Positions 9,360 to 18,029 of a stretch of 23,836 nt of DNA are shown piece after piece. Location of the stretch: assembly GCA_037381445.1 (NCBI GenBank), contig JARRQT010000035.1, positions 1-23,836 of the forward strand. The letters run 5' to 3'. Both the position numbers and the translations under genes were made by a program. How positions within the stretch are numbered: position 1 is the first letter of the stretch; each line of letters opens with the position of its first letter. The notes under the pieces are model-generated. The model saw nothing but the letters and a program-made list of their open reading frames with translations, made no database searches and had not been told where the DNA came from. This stretch comes from Calditrichia bacterium (lineage in GTDB: Bacteria; Calditrichota; Calditrichia; RBG-13-44-9).

Positions 9360-9554
9360 CTATTCGTTTTCAAACTTCATCAGTTTATAGAGCGGATTTT
9401 CGCTGATGAGAATCTCCAGCCGCCGGGTTTTGATTTTTTTCACGGTGACTTCCAGCTTGTCACCGGGCCTCAAATCAAGCTTTTCGCGGACTTCTGCAGG
9501 TATTTCGATGCTGTTCTTGGGACCTATTTCGGCATTAAAAGTCGAAAACTTCAT
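9360..9554 (-). CDS. AbrB/MazE/SpoVT-family DNA-binding protein (VapB-like antitoxin)
   Basis: About 64 aa with the swapped-hairpin signature IEIPAEVREKLDLRPGDKLEV, directly upstream of the PIN gene. ATG at 9554 is preferred over GTG at 9557 on RBS (GGTGA) spacing. Confidence 0.88.
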   Translation of the reverse strand: MKFSTFNAEIGPKNSIEIPAEVREKLDLRPGDKLEVTVKKIKTRRLEILISENPLYKLMKFENE

Positions 9555-9574
9555 CACATCACCGTTTTTATTTT

Positions 9575-9616
9575 AAATTAGCAATATGCCCTTTCAGATA
9601 CAACAAATTTGTTATA
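9575..9616 (-). promoter_or_regulatory. Sigma70-type promoter of the abrB-PIN-yqeC-yqeB unit with overlapping palindromic operator
   Basis: On the - strand, TTGTAT (9603-9598), a 17 bp spacer, then TAATTT (9580-9575) preceded by TGn. The palindrome TAcAACAAA|TTTGTTaTA (9599-9616, perfect core 9602-9613) overlaps the -35 element. Confidence 0.6.
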
Positions 9617-9806
9617 AGCCCCTGCTGAAGCAAAGAGATACAAATACAAAGCCGTTCCGAAATAATAATCCGTTGTAAAAATCCATCGATTGCCGGAATA
9701 AAATTCCTTTCTCCGCTGCCACGATCTTTGCTAAAGAGCTGGCAGAATGGCGATCAAAAATTCAGATTTCTTCACAGAATGTGAGGCGGTTGATCCCCCG
9801 CTGAGC

Positions 9807-10736
9807 TCAGGCCACAGCGTGTTTATTTTTGAAGAACTCCACCGTTTGTTTGAGTCCTTCGTCAAGGGTTACGCCCGGTTTCCAGCCCAGCTCGCTGTAA
9901 ATCAGGTCGCTGGTCAAAACACTGCGTTTTTGTTCGCCCGGTTTGGCTGGCCCATGCTTTTCCGGCAGATCTTTGCCCGTATATTTCACAATGGTCCTGA
10001 ACAATTCATTCACATCTGTCTCAACGCCGGTGCCGATATTATAGATCTTGTTTGTGCCGGAATCCAGTGCCAGTTCATTGGCCTTTACCACATCACCCAC
10101 AAAAACATAATCGCGGGTCTGCAATCCATCGCCGTTGATAACGGTCTGCTGACCTTCCAGAATCCTTTCCGAGAATATTGCCACAACGCCGGCTTCTCCG
10201 TGAGGATTCTGCCGGGGTCCGTAAATATTGGCATATCTTAAAATCGTGTAATTAAACCCGTAGGTCTGATTATAAAAGTAGAGGTATTTTTCGGTGGTTA
10301 GTTTTGTGATTCCGTAAGGCGACAAAGGACGCAGGGGATGTGCTTCATCCGCCGGAAAATAATCCTGTTCACCGTATATCGCACCGCCGGTGGATGCGAA
10401 AATAAACTTTTTAACATCATATTTTATACAATTCTGCAGCAGGTTTAAGCCGCCGATAACATTGACGTTCGCATCATAAACCGGATCCGCAACGGATTTG
10501 CGAACATCCATCTGCGCGGCATGGTGATTCACGATGTTTGGCCGCTCCTTTTCAAAAATGGCTGCAAGCCCTTTATCCCTGATATCCGCCTCATAAAATT
10601 TTGCAGCGGAGGGAATATTCTCCCGCTGTCCCGTAATCAGGTTATCTACAATGACCACTTCATGCCCCAATTCCAGATAACGATCGGCAACATTTGAACC
10701 GATAAATCCCGCACCGCCAGTAATCAGTATTTTCAT
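9807..10736 (-). CDS. NAD-dependent NDP-sugar epimerase/dehydratase (extended SDR, UDP-glucose 4-epimerase-like)
   Basis: 309 aa with TGGAGFIG Rossmann motif, HHAAQ, ASTGGAIYG, catalytic YGITK (YxxxK), RYANIYGPRQ and GDGLQTRDYVFV. Confidence 0.93.
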   Translation of the reverse strand: MKILITGGAGFIGSNVADRYLELGHEVVIVDNLITGQRENIPSAAKFYEADIRDKGLAAIFEKERPNIVNHHAAQMDVRKSVADPVYDANVNVIGGLNLLQNCIKYDVKKFIFASTGGAIYGEQDYFPADEAHPLRPLSPYGITKLTTEKYLYFYNQTYGFNYTILRYANIYGPRQNPHGEAGVVAIFSERILEGQQTVINGDGLQTRDYVFVGDVVKANELALDSGTNKIYNIGTGVETDVNELFRTIVKYTGKDLPEKHGPAKPGEQKRSVLTSDLIYSELGWKPGVTLDEGLKQTVEFFKNKHAVA

Positions 10737-10784
10737 TCTTCAATCCTCTTTTTTCCTTGTCATTCATACGACTTTTTACACAGC

Positions 10785-10813
10785 AAAATATAGCCTGCCA
10801 ATTCCTTATTCAA
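10785..10813 (-). promoter_or_regulatory. Candidate sigma70 promoter for the epimerase gene
   Basis: On the - strand, TTGAAT (10813-10808), a 17 bp spacer, then TATTTT (10790-10785), within the 123 bp purD-epimerase gap. Confidence 0.35.
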
Positions 10814-10859
10814 GTGACGGATTTCGCTTATGAGAAACAGCTAAAATAAATATATAGAG

Positions 10860-12134
10860 TCAGGAAATCATCTTCCAGCCGCGCTCGGCAATATCTGTGC
10901 GGTAATGCATCCCTTCGAAGCGTATTTTTTTGATGTTCCGGTATACCTTGTCCACGGCGCTTTTCAGTTCATGATGCAAAGCAACCACGCCCAAAACCCT
11001 TCCGCCGTTCGTGACAACATGATGGTCCATCCTCCGGGTTCCTGCGTGGAAGACCACAACATCCTCTTCCACTTCATTCAGACCGGTAATCCCTTTCCCT
11101 TTCTGATACGCGCCGGGATATCCCCCCGAAGCCGCAATGACGCAGACCGCATATTCTTTTCTAAATTTCACTGTCTGTCGGCCTAGCTTCTGCTGCACGG
11201 CAGCAAGCAAAAGCTCCATCAGATCCGTATCCAGGAGCGGCAGGACAACCTGGGTTTCGGGGTCCCCAAAGCGACAGTTGAACTCCACCACCTTCGGACC
11301 TTTATTGGTGATCATCAGACCGCAGTATAGAACACCTTTATAGGTAATCCCTTCAAATTTGAGTCCTTTCAGTACCGGCTCAATGATTTCGGTTATGGCC
11401 CGTTCATACATGGTTTTCGTCAGCACCGGGGTCGGCGCGTAGCTTCCCATTCCGCCGGTATTTCTTCCGAGGTCCCCGTCCAGCGCTCTTTTGAAATCCT
11501 GCGCGGGCGAGAGCACGGCATAATCCTCGCCGTCGGTGATAACGAGCAGACTGGCTTCCTGCCCCTGCAAATATTCCTCGATGACCACACGATTGCCGGC
11601 TTCGGAAAACACCTTCTCCACCATCATCTGCTCCAGCATCTCTTTTGCTTCATCTTTATTTTCGCAGATCGCAACCCCTTTCCCGGCTGCCAGGCCGTCG
11701 GCTTTTACCACAATTTTCCCGTCCTCCAGACTATTTATATAGGTTACTGCTTTTTCGAAGCTTGTAAAATCGGCATAGGTCGCGGTAGGGATTCCGTATT
11801 TCTGCATCAGATTTTTAGCGAAAATTTTACTGCCCTCAATTTGGGCCCCTTTCTGGCCGGGACCAAATACAGCACGTCCGCGGGCTTCCAGAAAATCCAC
11901 GATGCCATCCACCAGTGGCTGCTCCGGACCAACCACTGTAAAATCAATATTCTGTTTTTCGATATAGGCGTCGATCTCCTCGAATTTATCCAGCGGTATT
12001 TCGGTGCATTCCGCAATTTGCTCGATCCCGGCATTGCCCGGAATACAATAAATCTTGTCCACTTTGGAGGATTGTTTGAGTTTCCACACAATAGCATGTT
12101 CGCGTCCGCCGCTTCCTAAAACCAGAACTTCCAT
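10860..12134 (-). CDS. purD: Phosphoribosylamine--glycine ligase (GAR synthetase)
   Basis: 424 aa with LGSGGREHA, VVGPEQPL, KADGLAAGKGV, NTGGMGSYAP, EFNCRFGDPETQV, GGYPG and YRTDI. Confidence 0.98.
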   Translation of the reverse strand: MEVLVLGSGGREHAIVWKLKQSSKVDKIYCIPGNAGIEQIAECTEIPLDKFEEIDAYIEKQNIDFTVVGPEQPLVDGIVDFLEARGRAVFGPGQKGAQIEGSKIFAKNLMQKYGIPTATYADFTSFEKAVTYINSLEDGKIVVKADGLAAGKGVAICENKDEAKEMLEQMMVEKVFSEAGNRVVIEEYLQGQEASLLVITDGEDYAVLSPAQDFKRALDGDLGRNTGGMGSYAPTPVLTKTMYERAITEIIEPVLKGLKFEGITYKGVLYCGLMITNKGPKVVEFNCRFGDPETQVVLPLLDTDLMELLLAAVQQKLGRQTVKFRKEYAVCVIAASGGYPGAYQKGKGITGLNEVEEDVVVFHAGTRRMDHHVVTNGGRVLGVVALHHELKSAVDKVYRNIKKIRFEGMHYRTDIAERGWKMIS

Positions 12135-12146
12135 ACCAATTCTCCT

Positions 12147-13697
12147 CTATGTTTTGGATTGTTTTTTCCGGTGGTTTACAATATACTTTTCCCGTTCCAG
12201 AATTATTTTTGTGTATTCATCATCGCAGGAGGAAGCTTTTTCGAGCGCCTCATTGGCTTTTTGAAACTCCTCCGTTTCGCGCAGAACCCGGGCATAGTGG
12301 ATATAAACCCAGGCGCGCTGAAAATCATCGTTTATTTTGCCGATATTGGCCATCAGGTTCTCATAAATTTCCAGCGATTCTCTGACTTCGCCCTTCTGAA
12401 GATAAAGAATCCCCTGAAGGTCCTGAACCAGATAAATCAGGTATGGATTATGGGCAGCTCCGGAATTGGTTTCCAGAATATTCCGCAAATTCCCGATTTC
12501 TTTTTCAGCAGCAGGTATGTTAAGCGTGAAGATGTCATTCTCCGCAATAACATAATGACGCATCAGCGAATCAAAATCATATTTCACATATATTCGTGAA
12601 GTGTTGTACCAATATTGGGTTTCGCGGTTATCGACAACCATATTATAATAGCGGTCCGCCGCATTGTGTTCTCCTTTCATGTCCGACAGCAAACCTTTGT
12701 AAAAGGCAAGTGCCGCCACATAATAGCGGGATTTTCGCAGGGAAGTATCCATGAGCAGATTGAAATATTTTTCCGATTCCGGGAAATTGTTGAGGCGGAA
12801 GTAACAGACCCCCAGATTGTAAAATTTCATGATGGAAATCTGCGGCAGGGTCAGGGAATATTTTCCCGGCACAGCGTTAAAGTAGCGAAGCGCCTCCAGG
12901 ATATTGCCATTACGACGGTAATGATAGCCCAGAAGCAGGGTCAATGCCGGATTGTCCGGATAATCCCGGTGCAATTTAAAGAACGTCTGCAGGGAATTCC
13001 GCTCATCACCCTCCAGAAAATAGCGGAAGGTCGCATAGACAAAACGGGCCTCAACTTTGAAAAAACGGCCTCTGTTTGCCGTCAGAAGCATTTCCCTTAT
13101 TCCCTTCTCCCGGTCTCCCTGGAATCCGAGAATCTTGGCAAAAAATTTGACAATGCCGGGCAGCAAATCCACATAATAATGGAAAACACCCAAACCGACA
13201 TAAGCATCGTAATAAGTTGAGTCCGTTTCAACCACCTTCTCAAGATAGTCTTTACCCCGTTTTCCGTAGATATATCCCTTCAGATAATTCCGGTTCAGGA
13301 CGTGATAAATACCCAGAACACCATAAGAGGCACCCAGATAATAGAGGGCATCGGCGCTGTTATCGGTACGCTTTTTATACTCCTCACCCTTTTCAGCAGC
13401 TCTTTTCACCGTTTCATTCAATAAAGAATCCAGCGCCGGATTGGCCCGGTCCTGCGAAAAATATATGGCGGTGATATACGCTTCATAAAAATAGCCGTGC
13501 GGATATTCGGGAAATTCATGCTGGATTTCCCGGAATATTGTGAGGGCGCTGTCCAACTGAAAATTGTAGATTTCCTGTTTCCCGGCGTCAATCAACTGAT
13601 AGAGCCGGTCTGTATTCGATTGGGCCAAGACGGCCGTGGACAGCAAATAAAACACAAAAACATTTATGAATAAGGGTTTTAAGCCCGCAACACGCAT
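12147..13697 (-). CDS. Secreted TPR-repeat protein, TTC39/IML2 (DUF3808)-like
   Basis: 516 aa with a signal peptide (…STAVLA|Q) and all-helical TPR-like segments. DAYVGLGVFHYY..LLP..VKFFAKILGFQGDREKGI resembles the DUF3808/TTC39 core. The start overlaps the uvrB stop (TAATG). Confidence 0.7.
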   Translation of the reverse strand: MRVAGLKPLFINVFVFYLLSTAVLAQSNTDRLYQLIDAGKQEIYNFQLDSALTIFREIQHEFPEYPHGYFYEAYITAIYFSQDRANPALDSLLNETVKRAAEKGEEYKKRTDNSADALYYLGASYGVLGIYHVLNRNYLKGYIYGKRGKDYLEKVVETDSTYYDAYVGLGVFHYYVDLLPGIVKFFAKILGFQGDREKGIREMLLTANRGRFFKVEARFVYATFRYFLEGDERNSLQTFFKLHRDYPDNPALTLLLGYHYRRNGNILEALRYFNAVPGKYSLTLPQISIMKFYNLGVCYFRLNNFPESEKYFNLLMDTSLRKSRYYVAALAFYKGLLSDMKGEHNAADRYYNMVVDNRETQYWYNTSRIYVKYDFDSLMRHYVIAENDIFTLNIPAAEKEIGNLRNILETNSGAAHNPYLIYLVQDLQGILYLQKGEVRESLEIYENLMANIGKINDDFQRAWVYIHYARVLRETEEFQKANEALEKASSCDDEYTKIILEREKYIVNHRKKQSKT

Positions 13698-15685
13698 TAA
13701 GTAATTTTCCCTTTCAGCTGCTTGATTTCGTCCCGCAATTGGGCCGCTTTTTCGAACTCCAGATTTTCGGCGGCTTTCTTCATTTCCTTTTCCAATTGCC
13801 CGATGAGTTCCTGACCGGTCAGCCGGTCCATGTAATCGAACTCACGGACCTGTTTTTTAACCTTGTAGCGCCCCCGCACATCTGCCACGGAAGTGGTCTG
13901 CATGATCTCATCCAAAGTTTTGTAGATGGTCTGGGGAGTAATGCCATGTTCTTCATTATATTTCTGCTGGATTTCCCGGCGGCGCGATGTCTCGTCCATT
14001 GTATTCTGCATGGATTGTGTGATGTGGTCGGCATAGAAGATAACTTTGCCGGCTGCATTCCTGGCGGCGCGCCCCGCGATCTGCAGCAGGGAAACGCCGG
14101 AGCGCAGGAATCCTTCCTTGTCCGCGTCCAGAATGGCCACCAGCGAAACCTCCGGAATATCCAGGCCTTCCCGAAGCAAATTAATCCCGATCAGAACGTC
14201 GAATTCCGACAAGCGTAAATCACGCAGAATGTCTACCCGCTCCAGAGAATCGATTTCGGAGTGCAGGTATTTGGCCCGGATATTCAGATTCTGCAGATAA
14301 TCCGTCAGATCTTCCGCCATCCGTTTGGTAAGGGTCAGCGCCAGCACCCGTTCATTTTTCTTCACCCGGACGCGAATCTCTTCCAGCAGATCATCGATCT
14401 GACCCTTCGTAGAACGCACTTCGATTTCCGGGTCCATCAGCCCGGTCGGACGGATCACCTGTTCCACAACCAGGCCGCCGCTCTGCTCTATCTCAAATTC
14501 AGAAGGTGTGGCTGAAACGAAAATTGCCTGATTCATTTTTCCCATGAATTCATCGAATTTCAGCGGACGGTTATCCAGTGCACTTGGCAGGCGAAAACCG
14601 TATTCCACCAGCGTCTTCTTGCGGGAGTGATCCCCATTATACATGGAATGCAGTTGCGGGATGGTCTGGTGCGATTCGTCGATGATGCACAGAAAATCAT
14701 CCGGGAAAAAGTCAATCAAAGTATAGGGCGGTTCTCCTGGCCCACGTCCCGAAATATGCCGGGAATAATTCTCGATGCCGTTGCAGTAGCCGATCTCCTG
14801 CATCATCTCCAGATCGAAATTGGTCCGCTGCTCCAGGCGCTGGGCCTCCAGCAGCTTCCCTTTTTTCCGCAAGTCATCGAGGGTAACCTTCAGTTCTTCC
14901 CGAATGGACACCATTGCCCTTTTCATTTTCTGCTCGGTCGTCACATGATGGCTGGCGGGATAAATAGCGACCTGGTCCACTTCATCCAGTATCTCGCCGG
15001 TCGTTGCGTCGATATAAACGATTTCTTCCACTTCATCTCCGAAGGTATCTACTCGCACCGCATATTTTTCATACGCCGGATAAATTTCGATAACATCGCC
15101 GCGAACGCGAAAAGTCCCCCGCTCCCGGCTGATGTCATTTCGCAGGTAGTGGATGTCAATCAGTTTTCCGAAGAGTTCATAGCGGTTGAGCCGTTCACCT
15201 TTTTTAACAAGCGCAACCATTTCTTTATAGTCTTCCGGCGAGCCGATCCCATAAATGCAGGAGACACTGGCCACAATAATCACATCCCGGCGGGACATAA
15301 CCGAAGCAGTCGCTTTTAGCCGCAGCCGCTCGATCTCTTCATTTACCGAACTGTCCTTTTCGATATACATATCGCTCTGCGGGATGTAGGCTTCCGGCTG
15401 ATAGTAATCAAAATAGCTAATAAAATATTCCACCGCATTTTCCGGAAAAAACTGCTTGAATTCCCCGTACAATTGGGCAGCCAGTGTTTTATTGTGAGAG
15501 ATTACCAGGGTGGGTTTGCCCACATTCTGTATTACATTGGCCATGGTAAAGGTTTTTCCGCTGCCGGTCACTCCCAGCAGTGTCTGGAATTTCCTTTTCT
15601 CCAGAATTCCCTCGGTAAGCTGTTTGATGGCCTCCGGCTGGTCGCCGGTCGGTTTATATTTGGAAATCAGATTAAATTTCTTCAT
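13697..15685 (-). CDS. uvrB: Excinuclease ABC subunit B
   Basis: 662 aa with PTGDQP, Walker [19 protein letters not shown] beta-hairpin, [24 protein letters not shown] and a C-terminal UVR domain ([18 protein letters not shown]). Confidence 0.99.
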   Translation of the reverse strand: MKKFNLISKYKPTGDQPEAIKQLTEGILEKRKFQTLLGVTGSGKTFTMANVIQNVGKPTLVISHNKTLAAQLYGEFKQFFPENAVEYFISYFDYYQPEAYIPQSDMYIEKDSSVNEEIERLRLKATASVMSRRDVIIVASVSCIYGIGSPEDYKEMVALVKKGERLNRYELFGKLIDIHYLRNDISRERGTFRVRGDVIEIYPAYEKYAVRVDTFGDEVEEIVYIDATTGEILDEVDQVAIYPASHHVTTEQKMKRAMVSIREELKVTLDDLRKKGKLLEAQRLEQRTNFDLEMMQEIGYCNGIENYSRHISGRGPGEPPYTLIDFFPDDFLCIIDESHQTIPQLHSMYNGDHSRKKTLVEYGFRLPSALDNRPLKFDEFMGKMNQAIFVSATPSEFEIEQSGGLVVEQVIRPTGLMDPEIEVRSTKGQIDDLLEEIRVRVKKNERVLALTLTKRMAEDLTDYLQNLNIRAKYLHSEIDSLERVDILRDLRLSEFDVLIGINLLREGLDIPEVSLVAILDADKEGFLRSGVSLLQIAGRAARNAAGKVIFYADHITQSMQNTMDETSRRREIQQKYNEEHGITPQTIYKTLDEIMQTTSVADVRGRYKVKKQVREFDYMDRLTGQELIGQLEKEMKKAAENLEFEKAAQLRDEIKQLKGKIT

Positions 15686-15752
15686 AGAATTCCTCAGAAA
15701 TCATCGTGCAAATTTAGAACAAATAAGAAGTCAAAACAAGTCAAGCTGAAAA

Positions 15753-15771
15753 CGAACCTCGCCAATGTTCG
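15753..15771. promoter_or_regulatory. CGAAC-N9-GTTCG inverted repeat upstream of uvrB; candidate LexA-type operator
   Basis: CGAAC-ctcgccaat-GTTCG lies about 68 bp upstream of the uvrB start. The half-sites match the Gram-positive SOS box, but the spacer is 9 bp rather than 4. Confidence 0.3.
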
Positions 15772-15810
15772 CACTTTTTTTAAGAAATTTCCTCAATTCT
15801 CAGAAAAACT

Positions 15811-15839
15811 TTGAATTTTATCGAAAAAACTGTTAAACT
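15811..15839 (+). promoter_or_regulatory. Candidate sigma70 promoter for the GNAT gene
   Basis: TTGAAT (15811-15816), a 17 bp spacer, then TAAACT (15834-15839) with extended -10 TGn. Confidence 0.5.
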
Positions 15840-15922
15840 AAACGGTAATCTGTGAAAGTCTCGATTCTTCCGTTTTTCCGGAATTTCGCATTGTGTTATA
15901 CTTTCAAAAACGAGTAAAGATT

Positions 15923-16699
15923 ATGAACAAGAAAGAATTTGACGTTATTTTAAAAAACCGCCAGGACCAGTTGCTTAAACTGGTGACGAAAAGCTTCTTC
16001 AAAGAGCTGGTGAATTACGGCATCGATAGCAGCGATATCGTGACAGTTTCCATGAATCTGCTCGATCATGTGACAAAAAAAGAAAAGAAATCAAACAATG
16101 AAAACGGTTTTTATCACCACCTCTTCACGCTGAAATCCGTAAAAGATTTTTGGGACACTACTAACACACTAACCATTGAGAAGGTATCAGTTTCTCCCCT
16201 GACGCCCGAGGGCATACCGCAGATTGTGCGGTGGCTGCGGAATAATGAAATAACGCACACATTTATAGATTTCTTACCCAAATCGCAATCTGCGCTGGAT
16301 ACCTATTTTTTCGGGGACCCATTGCGGGCCTATTTTGAGATCCATTTTGAGAATGAGTTTGTGGGAATTATCGGCGCTGAAAATATCGATGAACCATGTA
16401 AAAAACTGGAAATGAAGAAATTTGTCGGCGCGCCCGGTTTTAGCGGCAAGGGAATCGGCAAGCGGGCCACCTTCCTTTTCCTGTATCATTCATTTATGAT
16501 TCGAGAATTCAACAAAGTTTATATTCATTCCATGGATACAAACATCCGAAACATCAATATCAACAGCAAATTCGGATTTGAACTGGAAGGCGTCTTTTTT
16601 CAGGAAGCATGCAAAAATGAAAGATTTTATGATGTGGTCCGCATGGGATTGCTTCGCCGGCAATGGCTGAAAATATTTAACGCCGAGACAATTAAGTAA
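15923..16699 (+). CDS. GNAT-family N-acetyltransferase (RimJ/RimL/PseH-like) with an extra N-terminal helical domain
   Basis: The C-terminal ~170 aa has acetyl-CoA motif A (FSGKGIGK) plus NIRNININSKFGFELEG and YDVVRMGLL. ATG at 15923 is preferred over the track's GTG at 15893. Confidence 0.85.
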   Translation: MNKKEFDVILKNRQDQLLKLVTKSFFKELVNYGIDSSDIVTVSMNLLDHVTKKEKKSNNENGFYHHLFTLKSVKDFWDTTNTLTIEKVSVSPLTPEGIPQIVRWLRNNEITHTFIDFLPKSQSALDTYFFGDPLRAYFEIHFENEFVGIIGAENIDEPCKKLEMKKFVGAPGFSGKGIGKRATFLFLYHSFMIREFNKVYIHSMDTNIRNININSKFGFELEGVFFQEACKNERFYDVVRMGLLRRQWLKIFNAETIK

Positions 16700-16775
16700 T
16701 TATTTTATATTCACATAAATGATCGCTTTCACATCTTTAAACTTTCCCTGAATTTATACAGCTTTTCCAATTTTC

Positions 16776-18017
16776 CTATATTTGAACTTTCAACCGGCGC
16801 AGTACATCCATGGCGACTTCCGGTTTGTTGGTCAGAATGCCGTCGATGCCTTCCTGAATGATCTCATACATATCCTGAGGATTGTCCACCGTCCAGTAAA
16901 TAACACAGCGGATTTGTCCCTCCGGATTAAACTCGCAATTGGTGAGCTGCCCCCACTGCTGAAAATTTTCCGCGATCTGTTTGACGGCAGTTTTATGGGG
17001 ACATCCCAGAATAAATTCCCACCCGGGAGCGTCCGGATTTTTCAGGATTTCATATAATTTTCCGGCAAAGACAGACAGCGCACCGGTTTCCTCCAGCAAC
17101 AAATTTTCCTCAATTTTAAGATCGAGAAAAAACAGGATATGCGAATTGCTATGGATCTCCAGATTATTCAGGATTTCTTTCAGCAGCGGGGGATGCACAA
17201 AGCGCTTCCGCGGATGACGGTAGGCAAAAAGCCGTTGCACTTCCGGAAAAACGAGTTTTAGCGCGTTGAGTTGCTGCCGGGCATCCAAAAGCTTCCAGTT
17301 TGAATATGTACCTTGGACTTCATCGACTATCGACCGCCACTGGTGAACACCGTCTGCAAATTCAATTTCGGGAGAAACCAGCGGGTACGGCAGCCGCTCA
17401 GCCAGGTTACGCATGGGCGTAACAAACGGATCGGGATCATGCAGAACGACAATTTCATGGTCCGCGGACATACACAGGTCCATTTCCAGCGCATTCGCTC
17501 CCAGCTCAATCGCCCGTGAAAAGCTGTCCGCACTATTCTCGGGGAATTCATGCGGCGCACCGCGATGACCAAAAATAAAAAGGGGCCTGAACAGTATGAG
17601 GAAGGTCAGCGGAGCAGCTTCGGAACCCAGCGATTGATTGCGGATTCCATGAAAAAAACCGGCCTCGCCGTGGTCCGCTTTCGTCTCCAGGCTGCTCCAG
17701 GTGATAAGCGGCACCGGATATCGAGCGAACCGGGCAGGGATTTTATGATTCTCATCCGGCGAATAAAGAAGGCCGTCCCTCAGATCCAGATTGCGCTTCA
17801 GAAAACCGACCCTGAAGAATATATCGCTTTCCCGCTGAAGCGGGACGTCCTGAAAAGCAAACAGGCCCGAATCGTCACAAAGCCTGCTACGTGCCAGTAC
17901 ATCAAAATTGACATCCCGGTTAATCGACCGGCAAATCTGCACTCCAATTCCGTTCCTGATATAATCCCGGGCATTCCTATGATGATTATAATAGGAAAAC
18001 TTTAAAAAGGCTTTCAA
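16776..18017 (-). CDS. Glycerophosphodiester phosphodiesterase (GDPD) family protein with ~145 aa N-terminal extension
   Basis: IFGHRGA..PENS, ALEMD, VVLHD, FLDLK and YWTVD...GIDGILTNKP are GDPD motifs. The TTG start is 12 bp after the S8 protease stop and its position is uncertain. Confidence 0.82.
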   Translation of the reverse strand: MKAFLKFSYYNHHRNARDYIRNGIGVQICRSINRDVNFDVLARSRLCDDSGLFAFQDVPLQRESDIFFRVGFLKRNLDLRDGLLYSPDENHKIPARFARYPVPLITWSSLETKADHGEAGFFHGIRNQSLGSEAAPLTFLILFRPLFIFGHRGAPHEFPENSADSFSRAIELGANALEMDLCMSADHEIVVLHDPDPFVTPMRNLAERLPYPLVSPEIEFADGVHQWRSIVDEVQGTYSNWKLLDARQQLNALKLVFPEVQRLFAYRHPRKRFVHPPLLKEILNNLEIHSNSHILFFLDLKIEENLLLEETGALSVFAGKLYEILKNPDAPGWEFILGCPHKTAVKQIAENFQQWGQLTNCEFNPEGQIRCVIYWTVDNPQDMYEIIQEGIDGILTNKPEVAMDVLRRLKVQI

Positions 18018-18029
18018 TTCTTCTGTTGT

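Noticed and set aside
9614..9686. Possible ~24-codon - strand ORF (MDFYNGLLFRNG...) upstream of the AbrB gene
   Set aside because: It is very short, the purine-rich stretch is too far from the ATG to be a convincing RBS, and it has no recognisable features.
10782..10801. Sigma54-like TGGC...TTGC upstream of the epimerase
   Set aside because: The GG-to-GC spacing is 13 or 9 nt, not the required 10.
5841..12134. Purine/glycine metabolic theme linking purD, the yqeBC-like genes and alsT
   Set aside because: PurD is biosynthetic and lies in a separate transcription unit beyond the epimerase, and no molybdenum hydroxylase genes are present. Proximity alone is insufficient.
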